DNA of 64,000 nucleotides from a virus, in IMG/VR virus record IMGVR_UViG_3300013099_000020. The stretch is one strand, 5' to 3'. The notes beneath the pieces are model-generated. The model was not told the DNA's origin and made no database searches. It saw nothing but the letters and a program-made list of their open reading frames with translations. The position numbers and the translations under genes are program-made. This document shows positions 42,847-52,877 of the stretch, piece after piece (within the stretch, counting starts at the first letter, position 1; every line of letters begins with the position of its first letter).

Positions 42847-45800
42847 ATGACCTATTTCACCTCAGGGACCATAAGCCAAATGATGGCTGGGCAGAACTCC
42901 ATGTTCTCCCAGAACGCCTACATGGCTCAGCAGATGTCCCAAAGCATGGGGGGCGCAGGCATGTCCGGGGGGATGCCCATGCCGCAAGCGGCGCCCCCAC
43001 CTCCCATGATGATGCCTCCGCCCCCCATCTCTCGGGGCGGGGCTGGCGCAGCCATGATGGGCGAGCGTATGGCGGGAGGCGTAGCCTCCTTCGGACAGAA
43101 CGTCGCCGCACCGGCAGCGATGGGTGCCGCCTCCTTGTTCGGGGCCGCCGGAAGCATGGGCATGATGGGGACCGCCGGCAAGATGGCCGGGATGCTCGAT
43201 CCCATGAGCATGATGATGCGCGGCGGCTCGATGGGGTCGGCCATGATGGGCGGCGGTGCCATGGGCATGGTCGGAGGCATGATGGGTGCGGGAGCAGTGG
43301 CAGCTCCCCTCTATGCCGGTGCCAAGGCCGTCGGGGCGTATGCCGATGCCTTCAGTGGGGGGATGCAGGATCAATCGGCCCTCAACTCGAACCTGCGTCA
43401 GAACTTCAACTTCGCTGGGGGACGCCAGGGGCGAGGCTTCAACCAACAGCAGATGGGTGCTGTCGGTGGGGTCATTCAGCAGGAGCTGAACCGCAACGTC
43501 TTCTCGAACGCAGGGGAGATGAACCAGCTCGTCTCCGGGGGAGCCCAGGCGGGCATGTTTACGGGGGTTCGAGATGTCTCGGCCTTCGCTACGAAGTTCC
43601 GCCAGATGCTCGACACCCTGAAGGCAGTGCAGACAGAGCTGGGTGGCACACTCACTGAAGCCCTTCAGTTCGTCAACGAGTCGAAGCAGGCCGGCATCTT
43701 CCAGCAGATGGATCGGTCACAGTTCGCGACCCAGATCCGAAACGTGACTCAGGTTACGGGGATGAGTCGGCAGGACGCCATGAGCATGGCCGTCCAGGGA
43801 GCCTCGATCGCTCGTCAGACGGGAGGCGTCGGCGCTCAAGGTGCGATGGGCGCCACCAAGATGGCCACGACGATGGGTACGGCCCTCAATGAGGGGATCG
43901 TCAGCCAGGAGATGCTGTCGGAAGCAACTGGTGGGGCGACAGGTACCCAGGCTATCCAGCAGTTCACCACCAATATGATGCAGCGTACTGGCCGCTTCCT
44001 GAAGCGTCCGGGGATGGGGCGTTACGCGACGTTCGCTTTGGCCGGAGAGGATGGGAACCTCGACGAGGGGATGTTCAACCGGTTCCTGACTGGGGACATC
44101 TCGACAGGCTCAGTCGGCAATGCAGCTCGCCGGAATGTCCGTTCGATGGGCAGGGCGGAAGCTATCAACCGTTCTGGTGAGATCCGAGGCTCCATCATGG
44201 AGCGAGGAGGCATGGCCGGACAGATCGGCATGATGAAGCTCATGCTCGGTGATCGAGTGATGCAGGGCGGGGATCACCTCTCCTCCTTGGTCATGCAGCG
44301 TCGCTTCAAGATGTCTCGTCCAGAGGCGGACATCATGCAGACCCTGATGCGGAATCAGGGTCAGATTGCCCAGACCGAGAACATCGAGCGCGGGATAGGG
44401 AGGCGGAGCGCAGAGCGCGAGCAGGACATCGCTCAGAACCGAAGCTTCGATGCGGTGTCGAAGCACATCGGTCATGGCCTCAAGGAAGGGCTTGGGATCA
44501 ACAAGGTTCGGCAGATGGGTCGGCGTTTTATCACAGGGCTGTCTTCTCAGGTTCAGGATGTCATGGACGACATGCTCGGCATCGTTCGAGACGAGATGAG
44601 CCGAGGGTCGGCCATGGCCATGGAGCGGGCCTCCATCGGCCGTGCCACCGCTGGGGACATCCGACGGCTGGATGCGTTGCAGCAGATCGGTGGTGGCGGT
44701 GGAGGCGGTGGTGGAGACCCCTTTGAGCAGGGGATCCTGGAGCGGTTTGGTCCTGATCGAGGTCGCGGGCGACAGCTAGAGTCAGCTGGGTTTGACATCA
44801 GCGGTCGTGGCGGTGGTCGGCGTGGGAGGATTATCCGAGAAGCCGTTGGCAGCAGCATACCTTTAGATGAGCAAAGGGAGCGGGCAAGCGTTGCTGAGGC
44901 AGCGATGCGGGATGCGAGGGCAGGGATAGCTACCGGCCCTCGGGCTCGTCGCCAACTTCAGGAGATGCTGGCCGATAGGCAGGGTACTCAGACGAAGATC
45001 AGGCGGGCCAGGATGCTCGCCCGTGGCCGCGAGGGAGGCGTTGAAGCTGACTTCTCAAACGACATGTCAGAAGACGGGATGGAGCCGACAGCAGTCGCAG
45101 CCTTTATGGCTCGGACGGGGATGGCTGAATCGGAAGGGCTGACAGAAGATAGCCAAGCAGGCAGTGGTGCCGCTGGGCGTGGCGCCAGAAACATTGCGCG
45201 CGGTGTCGTTATGGGTGCGGCCACCATGCTGACGATGGGGGTTGGGGGGATTGCTCTCTATGCGGCTGGGGCGGCGGCCGAGAGCATGGGTCTTACCGAC
45301 ACCAACATCATGGCTATGGAGGAGGCCCCGGGCGTGGCAGCCCGGGATACAGCCGCCGAGTACTTCATGGGGGGAGGAGCCCTGGGAGAGGCCGGAAGGC
45401 ACGCCAAGGAAAACCGAGGCTATGCTCAGAGGTTGGCGGGCCACGGAGATGACATCATCGCTCGGGGTCAAGCTGCCCAGATAGGTAGCCGTGAAACGAT
45501 CGATGCAATCTTTGACGGCGTAGAGATGCAGGACGTCGCTTTCGCCATGATGGAAGGCGGGGACAGCGCCACCGCGGCTCTTGGACGGTTGCAGGATATG
45601 GCTACGGCTGAACAAGACCCGACCCGTCGCCAGGCTTTGGAGTCGATGGCAGAGAGTGCTACCCAGGAGATCAGGGACACTGGGAAGGTCGGAGAGCAGT
45701 GGGGGCGGATGGCCTTCACTGATCGCGTTGCTCAGGAAGCTACCCAGTCGGAGGGCCGCCGTCTAGGCGTCGCTAGGAACTACGGAGCTGTGGCCGGCGC

Positions 45801-46638
45801 GCTCGGACAGCTTGAGAACAACAGCATGGCCGCGATCTTGGCCGATGACATGTCAAGTCTGGGTGCGGCTTTCCGAGACAGCACAGGCTCTGGGAATGCG
45901 ACTGCCCAAACCCTCATCACAGACCTTGCTGCCCTGGATGAAGGGTCCGTGAATGACATTCAAGGGGCCCTGGGTCAGGTGATCACCGGGGAAGGAAGGG
46001 AAGAAGTACGTGAACAAGCGCGTGGTTTCTCCATGGCTCTCGGACAACAGCGTGCCACCCGAGAAGCTCTTATTGGCAGAGGTCGGCGAGGGCGCAGGCA
46101 GTCCCTCGAAACAGCCATGGGAGTCGCAGGAGGGCTCGGTCGAAACCTAGAGATCAAGATGGGCGAGGGCGACGACCAGAGAAGCATTCGAGGGCAACGC
46201 TCTGAACGCATGGTCGAGAGGTTCCTGCGCGGTGGCCGGGGGATGGGTCGAGAGCAGCGGGAGGCAGTGCGGCAGGCGCTCAGTTTGCAGATGGAGACTG
46301 GGGGCCTCGGTGAGGACCAGCAGCAAGAACTTCAGGAAGCCCTTGAGGGTGTTGCTCGTGGAGGCTCGCGTGAGGATCGTTCCGCCGCCGCCGATGTCAT
46401 GATGGGTCTCCAGAAAAACCCAGCGTTCCGAAGGACTTTCGAGGAGCTGAACAAGCAGCAGACAGATCAGGCGATGGCAGCAGCCGGGCGACGAGACCCC
46501 ATGGGTCAGCAGCGGAATGATCTCCTCACCCGCATCCTTGCAGCGCCCGGCGTTTCAAACGCCCCTAACGGTGAGCAGGTTCCTCCTGCGAATGGTGGCG
46601 TCGCTGACGGCCCCGACCAGAATATGTCACGTGGATAA
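42847..46638 (+). CDS. giant virion protein (1263 aa): Gly/Met/Ala-rich N-terminus, long Q/A/R-rich helical body, poly-Gly, hydrophobic segment; tape-measure or ejection-protein-like
   Basis: Low-complexity MGGAGMSGGMPMP... N-terminus; GGGGGGGGG run (~44690); transmembrane-like GVVMGAATMLTMGVGGIALYAAGAAA; size and composition are typical of tape-measure/internal proteins; no catalytic motif seen. Confidence 0.45.
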   Translation: MTYFTSGTISQMMAGQNSMFSQNAYMAQQMSQSMGGAGMSGGMPMPQAAPPPPMMMPPPPISRGGAGAAMMGERMAGGVASFGQNVAAPAAMGAASLFGAAGSMGMMGTAGKMAGMLDPMSMMMRGGSMGSAMMGGGAMGMVGGMMGAGAVAAPLYAGAKAVGAYADAFSGGMQDQSALNSNLRQNFNFAGGRQGRGFNQQQMGAVGGVIQQELNRNVFSNAGEMNQLVSGGAQAGMFTGVRDVSAFATKFRQMLDTLKAVQTELGGTLTEALQFVNESKQAGIFQQMDRSQFATQIRNVTQVTGMSRQDAMSMAVQGASIARQTGGVGAQGAMGATKMATTMGTALNEGIVSQEMLSEATGGATGTQAIQQFTTNMMQRTGRFLKRPGMGRYATFALAGEDGNLDEGMFNRFLTGDISTGSVGNAARRNVRSMGRAEAINRSGEIRGSIMERGGMAGQIGMMKLMLGDRVMQGGDHLSSLVMQRRFKMSRPEADIMQTLMRNQGQIAQTENIERGIGRRSAEREQDIAQNRSFDAVSKHIGHGLKEGLGINKVRQMGRRFITGLSSQVQDVMDDMLGIVRDEMSRGSAMAMERASIGRATAGDIRRLDALQQIGGGGGGGGGDPFEQGILERFGPDRGRGRQLESAGFDISGRGGGRRGRIIREAVGSSIPLDEQRERASVAEAAMRDARAGIATGPRARRQLQEMLADRQGTQTKIRRARMLARGREGGVEADFSNDMSEDGMEPTAVAAFMARTGMAESEGLTEDSQAGSGAAGRGARNIARGVVMGAATMLTMGVGGIALYAAGAAAESMGLTDTNIMAMEEAPGVAARDTAAEYFMGGGALGEAGRHAKENRGYAQRLAGHGDDIIARGQAAQIGSRETIDAIFDGVEMQDVAFAMMEGGDSATAALGRLQDMATAEQDPTRRQALESMAESATQEIRDTGKVGEQWGRMAFTDRVAQEATQSEGRRLGVARNYGAVAGALGQLENNSMAAILADDMSSLGAAFRDSTGSGNATAQTLITDLAALDEGSVNDIQGALGQVITGEGREEVREQARGFSMALGQQRATREALIGRGRRGRRQSLETAMGVAGGLGRNLEIKMGEGDDQRSIRGQRSERMVERFLRGGRGMGREQREAVRQALSLQMETGGLGEDQQQELQEALEGVARGGSREDRSAAADVMMGLQKNPAFRRTFEELNKQQTDQAMAAAGRRDPMGQQRNDLLTRILAAPGVSNAPNGEQVPPANGGVADGPDQNMSRG

Positions 46639-46841
46639 TGGCTAGACAAGAAACACTCCTCCGACTCAAGCTCGACAAACGCTTCGCTGAGGTGAAGGCC
46701 TTTGATACAGTCGGAGTCGAGGACGTCATGAACGTTCAGATGCGCGCAGCACTTCACCGCATCATGACTGGGGAGGACTGGACCGAGCCGGCTGCCCGTG
46801 AGATCAAAGACTGGATCTTGAAGACGGACATGTTCATCTAG
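46638..46841 (+). CDS. hypothetical small protein
   Basis: ORF; ATGG overlap with the giant gene. Confidence 0.35.
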   Translation: MARQETLLRLKLDKRFAEVKAFDTVGVEDVMNVQMRAALHRIMTGEDWTEPAAREIKDWILKTDMFI

Positions 46842-47335
46842 AGATCGTCTAAGGCCATGAGCGGTGGCGCGGTGGGCTGCATCACACTCGAACGTGTTAT
46901 CGATGTGTCCACCTCATCCTGTGCTTCTTGGATCAGGCGAGGCATATCGTGTTGCCTGACCACACCACCGCTGGCCAGAGGGATGACACCATGCCGGGCC
47001 CTCATCTCGTTGAGTATCGCTAGGATGTCGTGGCGTAGCTCCTCGTCTACGTTGTCCCGGACATTGAGTTCATCGATGATCAGCTCCCTAGAGATGTTCA
47101 CGTTCTCTGCGACCCGTTCGTTGATGTCGGCTTGCTCTTCTCTGAGGGAAGAGGCTGCTGTCTTCAGAGTAGAGATGTCGACGGCACTCTGCTCGATGGC
47201 GGTCAGTTTGGCGTTGACCCAGGTGTGGCCCGCCAGTAAGGCAGCGACGACACCCAAGATGGTCTTGACGTGAGACCACGAGCCCTTGAGTTTCTTGAAG
47301 CTGATCGAATGCTCCTGGGGATTTTCTTCTGACAT
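46838..47335 (-). CDS. membrane protein with N-terminal transmembrane helix and coiled coil (spanin/holin-like topology?)
   Basis: Transmembrane helix ILGVVAALLAGHTWV followed by heptad-like charged sequence; isolated minus-strand gene. Confidence 0.4.
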   Translation of the reverse strand: MSEENPQEHSISFKKLKGSWSHVKTILGVVAALLAGHTWVNAKLTAIEQSAVDISTLKTAASSLREEQADINERVAENVNISRELIIDELNVRDNVDEELRHDILAILNEMRARHGVIPLASGGVVRQHDMPRLIQEAQDEVDTSITRSSVMQPTAPPLMALDDL

Positions 47336-47370
47336 GTCTACCTCTCCGAAGAGTAGGGTACACTCTCCCC

Positions 47371-48567
47371 ATGGCTGTCTTCATCTCGGTCACCACCAAC
47401 GCCTTCGAGGAGGTCTTCGCGGACAATCAGTCCCGACCTACCCCCAAGAACGTGAACATCCGGCGCCCCTTGCGGGGGATCGAGGTCAAGGAGGATACCT
47501 ACTCCGTCATCAAGATCATCGACTCCCTGGGTAGGGACCTCCCGATCATCAGCTCTTCTGCGACGAATAGTGAGGGCAACATTGGGAAGGACACCCACTA
47601 CGCCAACTTCATTATCACGAACGTGCAGGAGACTCGGGTCGAGAAGCAGCAGATCGTAGAGACCTTCGGGGAAGACTTCATCTTCTTCTTCGGGGAGCGC
47701 CCAAGGACGCTGACATTCACAGGAGCCCTCCTCAACACGAACGACTTCAACTGGAAGAGCGAGTTCTGGACGAACTACGAACAGTACCTTCGGGGTACCC
47801 GATTGGTGGAGAGCAACGCTCGGGCCTACATCTACTGGGATGACGTTGTGGTGGAGGGCTATTTCCTCCAGGCACAGACGGTGCTCGACACCAACAGCCC
47901 CTACCACATGGCCTGGTCGTTTCAGTTCTTCGTCACCAACTACGCCTTCCTCTCAAACGTAGGGAACATCTTCATCCCCACGAGGGAGGGAAAGACTGGG
48001 ATGGGTACAGATCAGTGGGACACCCGAGGAGAGCTTGAAGAGATCACCGCGGGGAACCTTCCTGCGGATACAGGCGCCTCCGGGGGAAGCCTCAGCGCCT
48101 TCTTGACTTCGGCACAGGAGTTCCAGAACAGCGCCTCATTTAGTATCCAAAGCACCCTGGAGACGATCAAGAATACCTTCTATGGAAGACGACTCGTTGT
48201 TCCACGAGGCATAGGGAATCAGCTCTTCCATCCTCCGATTGATAACCAGGCGCAGCTCAGGAACACCAGCAGAGGTCTGTTGGGCTATGGTGTCCCCATC
48301 CATCAGCAGCGGGACGAGTTCGTCGAGAGCGAGAGCATCAAGCCCCAGTATGATCAGGCTGAGCTGGAGCGGGTGCGGAAAGAGTTACGGATCCGCTCCC
48401 CCAAGGAGTTGGAAGCAGAGGCTCGTCAGCAGCTCGCAGCCCTAGGCATCGATGTGACTCGGAGGAACACCAACTACCTGCTCCTGGGACGTGCAGCCTT
48501 CGCAGGGCTTCAGACCTTCGGCTCGTTCGGCATGCGGCAGGCTGACGGCGCGCTGAATATCCTATAG
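47371..48567 (+). CDS. virion structural protein (398 aa), unknown role
   Basis: ORF in the structural block. Confidence 0.5.
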   Translation: MAVFISVTTNAFEEVFADNQSRPTPKNVNIRRPLRGIEVKEDTYSVIKIIDSLGRDLPIISSSATNSEGNIGKDTHYANFIITNVQETRVEKQQIVETFGEDFIFFFGERPRTLTFTGALLNTNDFNWKSEFWTNYEQYLRGTRLVESNARAYIYWDDVVVEGYFLQAQTVLDTNSPYHMAWSFQFFVTNYAFLSNVGNIFIPTREGKTGMGTDQWDTRGELEEITAGNLPADTGASGGSLSAFLTSAQEFQNSASFSIQSTLETIKNTFYGRRLVVPRGIGNQLFHPPIDNQAQLRNTSRGLLGYGVPIHQQRDEFVESESIKPQYDQAELERVRKELRIRSPKELEAEARQQLAALGIDVTRRNTNYLLLGRAAFAGLQTFGSFGMRQADGALNIL

Positions 48568-48624
48568 CAAAAGAACACCTGGGATGGCTTACGCCCCCAG
48601 GTGTCTCACAGACGCCCCGGAGGG

Positions 48625-49170
48625 CTAGCTCGTCTTCGGGATGGGGTCTATCTTCCTTCGCGCATTCCTAATCTTCCTCCGGTTTTTGGGTAGCATGTAC
48701 TCATCCTCCAGGTGGCAGAAGCATGGCCCGCGAAGATCATGCAGGAATCCGATCTGACCCCAGAGCATGAATGCCTCCGGGTCAAAGGTGAGGTCTCCAT
48801 CACCAGGACCATCGTCAAGGAAGGCCTTGGCGACAGTCTTGCTATAGACTGGCCGCGTCGCATCGGTGTGGGCGATCGTCACGTGTGGGGCCGAAGCCCA
48901 CTCTAGAAGCTCACGGTGCTTCGGGTCGACCGCTTCAACGATGGCGCACTGTGCGCCGCCCTCGTCGCGGATCCCGATGACCGAGAACTGGGCCCACTGA
49001 CCCATGAGGTCGGCGGGGATCTTGTCCGGGTTGCCTCGGAAGCTAAGGGTGATGTGATCCCCCTTAGTGTTCGGGTGCAGTTTCCCGAGGTGCCGTTTGG
49101 CTGTGCTGAGGAGCCTCCGTTTGGAATCATTTCCAAGGAAGATTCCTGTGTAGACTGACGCTGTGGTCAT
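48625..49170 (-). CDS. 2H phosphoesterase superfamily protein (LigT / cyclic phosphodiesterase-like)
   Basis: Two H-x-T/S-x motifs about 65 aa apart: GDHITLSF and APHVTIAHTD; ~180 aa as for LigT-like enzymes. Confidence 0.6.
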   Translation of the reverse strand: MTTASVYTGIFLGNDSKRRLLSTAKRHLGKLHPNTKGDHITLSFRGNPDKIPADLMGQWAQFSVIGIRDEGGAQCAIVEAVDPKHRELLEWASAPHVTIAHTDATRPVYSKTVAKAFLDDGPGDGDLTFDPEAFMLWGQIGFLHDLRGPCFCHLEDEYMLPKNRRKIRNARRKIDPIPKTS

Positions 49171-49212
49171 GTGTCTAAATACCTTTCTGAGGAGGTGGTA
49201 CCCTTCTCACTC

Positions 49213-49222
49213 TGCTAATAGG
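49213..49222 (-). promoter_or_regulatory. conserved upstream motif CCTATTAGCA (minus strand)
   Basis: 43 nt upstream of the minus-strand start at 49170. Confidence 0.45.
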
Positions 49223-49248
49223 CCCTAGACGCTCGGTTTTACTGACGC

Positions 49249-52200
49249 ATGGCATACGCACAACGATTACACCTCCGACTGTTTCTAGAAGGGGTCGAGG
49301 TCCCCGTGATCTCTGCCAATGTTCAGTCTGGGATCAACCAGGCGGCCGTGGCATCCATTCAGATCCCCGCCAACGACTTCGCCCTCGAACTCAAGCCACG
49401 TACCCTCGTCCACCTGTTCTTCTACGACTTCTATCGAGGTGCCCCGCCGGAGGGGAGGAACTTCGTCCAGGGTGAGGGGATCACGGTCTCCCAAGAGCAA
49501 GAGGTAGACCCAGAACTCGAAAGTGTTCTCGCTGAGCTGCGCATCAACGAGTCGACCCCAGACCAACTTGCGATCGATCTGGAGAACGAAAACTACAAGC
49601 TCATGTTCGGTGGAGAGATCACCGGCATCTCGGTGTCCAAGACGCCCACCACCCGGGGGATCGTTCTCCAGTGCATGGACTGGTCCAGCTACTGGGACTT
49701 CGCCTTCCAGTATCAGGTCAGCGGCTACAGCTTGGGCGGCGGTGGGATCCGAGCTGCCTTCACTGGTGCAAGCACGACCATCTTCAATAGCTTCCTGGAT
49801 GGGGATGCAGACATCATCACCCAGCTGATGTCGACTGCTCCCCGGGGGTTCCCCCAACTCCAGGGCACACTCCTCGGTGCCTTGGTACACATCATCGAAG
49901 CGATCGGAGGAACTTACTATGGGCGGAATGCTGTTCGAGGCACTAACGATTTCTTCAGCCTGGCAGAGATGCGTCTGCACCTCACTCAGATGGTTGGAGC
50001 AAACCCCTTCTCGAATCGAGATGAGAATCGCCTACTACGTGCTCATGGGTTTGGGAGTCTTTTTCGACGGAAGCTCGCCGGTCTGGGGAAGCAGGTATCG
50101 ATTAGGGCTGTGCTCAATGCTCTTCAGCCCTACATATTCCACGACATTGTCCCCGTCACATCGCCGCATTTTATCCCAGCTACGACTGACCCCCGGCTGC
50201 CCCAGTTCGAGAAGGTGGGGATCGAGGAAGATGAAGAGTCTGCCCCCATCGCTCGAACGGCGCGGTTCATCAAGAGCAGGGCCCTGGAGCTGAAGAGCCG
50301 GCAGGGGAACAGCACAGACTCCCGGTCATCCCAGAGGCAGTCTCGCCGACGCGGAGGGCTGGCCAGGGAGATAGACCGCTACCGCCGCATGTGCATCACC
50401 GCTATGGAGCGTGCTCGGGGCGTCGGGGTCAACCGACGGGTAGACCGCAGGTTCGATCGGCTGTTCCGCCTCGAAGGTGTTCACGAGAAGTTTGCTGCGG
50501 CTGCGGAGAAGTTCCGAGGGATCAAGAACGCCACACGAACGGCGTCGGGTGCAGGCGTCCGCCCCCACCAGCTCTTCTTGACGGGGAGTCGGTCTGCCAA
50601 GGCAGTCGTCCGCCTCTGTGACGAGCTTGAAGCGGACATGAACAAAGTCCTGGCGTCGAAACATCGGCGTCGGATAGCCCGCACCACCCAGCAGCCCGAC
50701 CCCCCGCCACGCCTGATCACGCAGGCCTGGCGCCCAGACGTGTGGATGGTGGCGCCCCCACGTTGCAATGTGATCTTCCCTGAGCTGTACTCGCAGTTCT
50801 CCTACAGCCGCAACTTCATGCAGGAGACCACGAGGCTCTTGCTGCGTACGTCCTCCGTCTTCTTCGGCAGTGACATCCTGTTCGACGGGTTCTACATGGC
50901 CCCCAGTCGGGCGGTAGGTCAGCGGGACGGGGAGCGATCTCCTGCAAGAGGCAGGCTCAACAAGACCCCACCTGACGTGGTTGATGCTCCGGCCTGGTTC
51001 ATCCGCGACCTCATGGAGCACGAGCTGTACACGGGGATCCTCCCGAAGTTCGAGCGCATGTCGAACCTGAACCTGCATGCGCTTCGTGGGGCGACGGGCA
51101 CTGTGGCTACGGAGCAGGGCGCTGTCCGCGTCAGCTATGCAGCCCTGGCCTGCAACCACATCTTCTTCAAGCAGCGCTTCCAGAGTCGCCAGCTTCAGTT
51201 CTCCGGGAAGTTCAACCCCTTCGTGGTGAATGGTTTCCCCACGGTGATCATCGACAAGTACCAGAGTCGAGCAGACGTCGACAACAGCGAGTACGACGCG
51301 GCGCTCGCGGCCCGGATTGCGGAAGCAGCCAACGAGGGTCGAGGGGAGATAGGCGGCCTGCCTGCCGAGCAGGAAGATCAAGTTGCTCTAGCTTCGGATG
51401 GGCGGGTCCTCGAACTCGCTGATCAGATTGCGGCACAGACCCCCAACACCCACTACCTCGGGACTCCCCAGGCTCTTACCCACACCGTCTCCATAGATGG
51501 TGGGGGCACCACCTCGATGCAGATGGGCTATGCCCGGACGACCAACGAGACCACCGAGTTCTTGGGAGATGCTCGATCAACTACGGGGCGAAGCCCCCAG
51601 TTCGACCGCCTTCGAGACACCTCGGTTGCGAGCACCGTTGCCTGGACCTCTGAGCCACAGGTAGGGGATCGAGGCCCGCGGGGAGGGGACATCACTCACG
51701 TAGATGATGTCACGGAGGAGTACCGCCGTAGGCAGGGCGCGCGACCCACTCGGGGACGCAGGGGTCGGACCGCCTCGGGTCAAGACAGGCTTCGTCATGC
51801 AAGCCGCACTCAGATCCCCTTGTGGATCCCCGGAGGAACTATCTCCCGGCGGCGCTACCGAGGGACCCGGGTCTTGGTCGGAGTGTCGCAGGCTGCCGCA
51901 GCCTACGGGCCGGAGGTCGTGGCTATCGTCGGTTCGATTGGGGAGCAGCAGGCTGGGTTCATCACCCGGACAGATGGGACCCGGACTGAGATCTTCATCG
52001 AGTTCAAGGCCTGGCGTATCCGCGAGACCATTGGTATCTACAGGCGCCGAGGCACCACCTCACTTCCTCCAGAAGAGCTGGTCTTCCCACCTTGGTATGG
52101 GGACCACTGGAAGGCTCATGCGGTTGGAGGGATCTACTCGCACCTCTTCGGTACGGGATCTATCGTCGATGAGACGACCTTCCGCGCACCCACGGACTCC

Positions 52201-52842
52201 TCGGGGAGGACCACCCGAGATGCAGATGGGGGAGATCCCAGCGGAGTCACCCAGCCCAGAGACACTGATCCGACCAAGCCGATGGTGACCGAGTCTGAGG
52301 ACATCCCAGGTGAGGGGCACTCGACTCAGCCTGCGACTGGGGGTGACGCCCATGGTCCGCCTCGTCAGGATACCGAGCCGGTTGGGGAGACCATCGGGAT
52401 GGTCCAGGGTCGGGGTGAGATCAACCAGGCCATCGAGGAACTGGTCCGGGTGTACAGCCGAGTTCGCCAGGAGCGTTGGGACGTCAACGAGTTCATCCGC
52501 TCCTACACATGGCGGCCGATTGCGTCTGTCGTCGACCTCTTCGGGACAGCGAGCTTGGAGATTAGCGACGAGGGTGAGGTCGTTCAGGGCCATGAAGGGT
52601 TCCACAGCCGGGCCTTCGGAGATGTGGATGACCTGCGGCAGCTCGTCTCGAATGTTGATGGACGCCCTCGTAGGATTCTGGGGCTCACCTTGGAAGATCC
52701 TGACGACCCCAGCACCAGCGATGCCGATAGGGCTGAGAGAGACCAGGGAATCGCAGCCAGACTGGATACCCGGAGGGAGAAACGCCTGCCGGTCTTCCGT
52801 TACCTCCAGGCTCTGCTATCGTCCCGGGGCATTCTAGGGTAG
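49249..52842 (+). CDS. very large virion protein (1197 aa), putative tail/baseplate or internal structural protein
   Basis: ORF; no motif; position among structural genes. Confidence 0.5.
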   Translation: MAYAQRLHLRLFLEGVEVPVISANVQSGINQAAVASIQIPANDFALELKPRTLVHLFFYDFYRGAPPEGRNFVQGEGITVSQEQEVDPELESVLAELRINESTPDQLAIDLENENYKLMFGGEITGISVSKTPTTRGIVLQCMDWSSYWDFAFQYQVSGYSLGGGGIRAAFTGASTTIFNSFLDGDADIITQLMSTAPRGFPQLQGTLLGALVHIIEAIGGTYYGRNAVRGTNDFFSLAEMRLHLTQMVGANPFSNRDENRLLRAHGFGSLFRRKLAGLGKQVSIRAVLNALQPYIFHDIVPVTSPHFIPATTDPRLPQFEKVGIEEDEESAPIARTARFIKSRALELKSRQGNSTDSRSSQRQSRRRGGLAREIDRYRRMCITAMERARGVGVNRRVDRRFDRLFRLEGVHEKFAAAAEKFRGIKNATRTASGAGVRPHQLFLTGSRSAKAVVRLCDELEADMNKVLASKHRRRIARTTQQPDPPPRLITQAWRPDVWMVAPPRCNVIFPELYSQFSYSRNFMQETTRLLLRTSSVFFGSDILFDGFYMAPSRAVGQRDGERSPARGRLNKTPPDVVDAPAWFIRDLMEHELYTGILPKFERMSNLNLHALRGATGTVATEQGAVRVSYAALACNHIFFKQRFQSRQLQFSGKFNPFVVNGFPTVIIDKYQSRADVDNSEYDAALAARIAEAANEGRGEIGGLPAEQEDQVALASDGRVLELADQIAAQTPNTHYLGTPQALTHTVSIDGGGTTSMQMGYARTTNETTEFLGDARSTTGRSPQFDRLRDTSVASTVAWTSEPQVGDRGPRGGDITHVDDVTEEYRRRQGARPTRGRRGRTASGQDRLRHASRTQIPLWIPGGTISRRRYRGTRVLVGVSQAAAAYGPEVVAIVGSIGEQQAGFITRTDGTRTEIFIEFKAWRIRETIGIYRRRGTTSLPPEELVFPPWYGDHWKAHAVGGIYSHLFGTGSIVDETTFRAPTDSSGRTTRDADGGDPSGVTQPRDTDPTKPMVTESEDIPGEGHSTQPATGGDAHGPPRQDTEPVGETIGMVQGRGEINQAIEELVRVYSRVRQERWDVNEFIRSYTWRPIASVVDLFGTASLEISDEGEVVQGHEGFHSRAFGDVDDLRQLVSNVDGRPRRILGLTLEDPDDPSTSDADRAERDQGIAARLDTRREKRLPVFRYLQALLSSRGILG

Positions 52843-52877
52843 TTCCTTAGAAGTAAACGCTGAGGTACACTTCGGCC

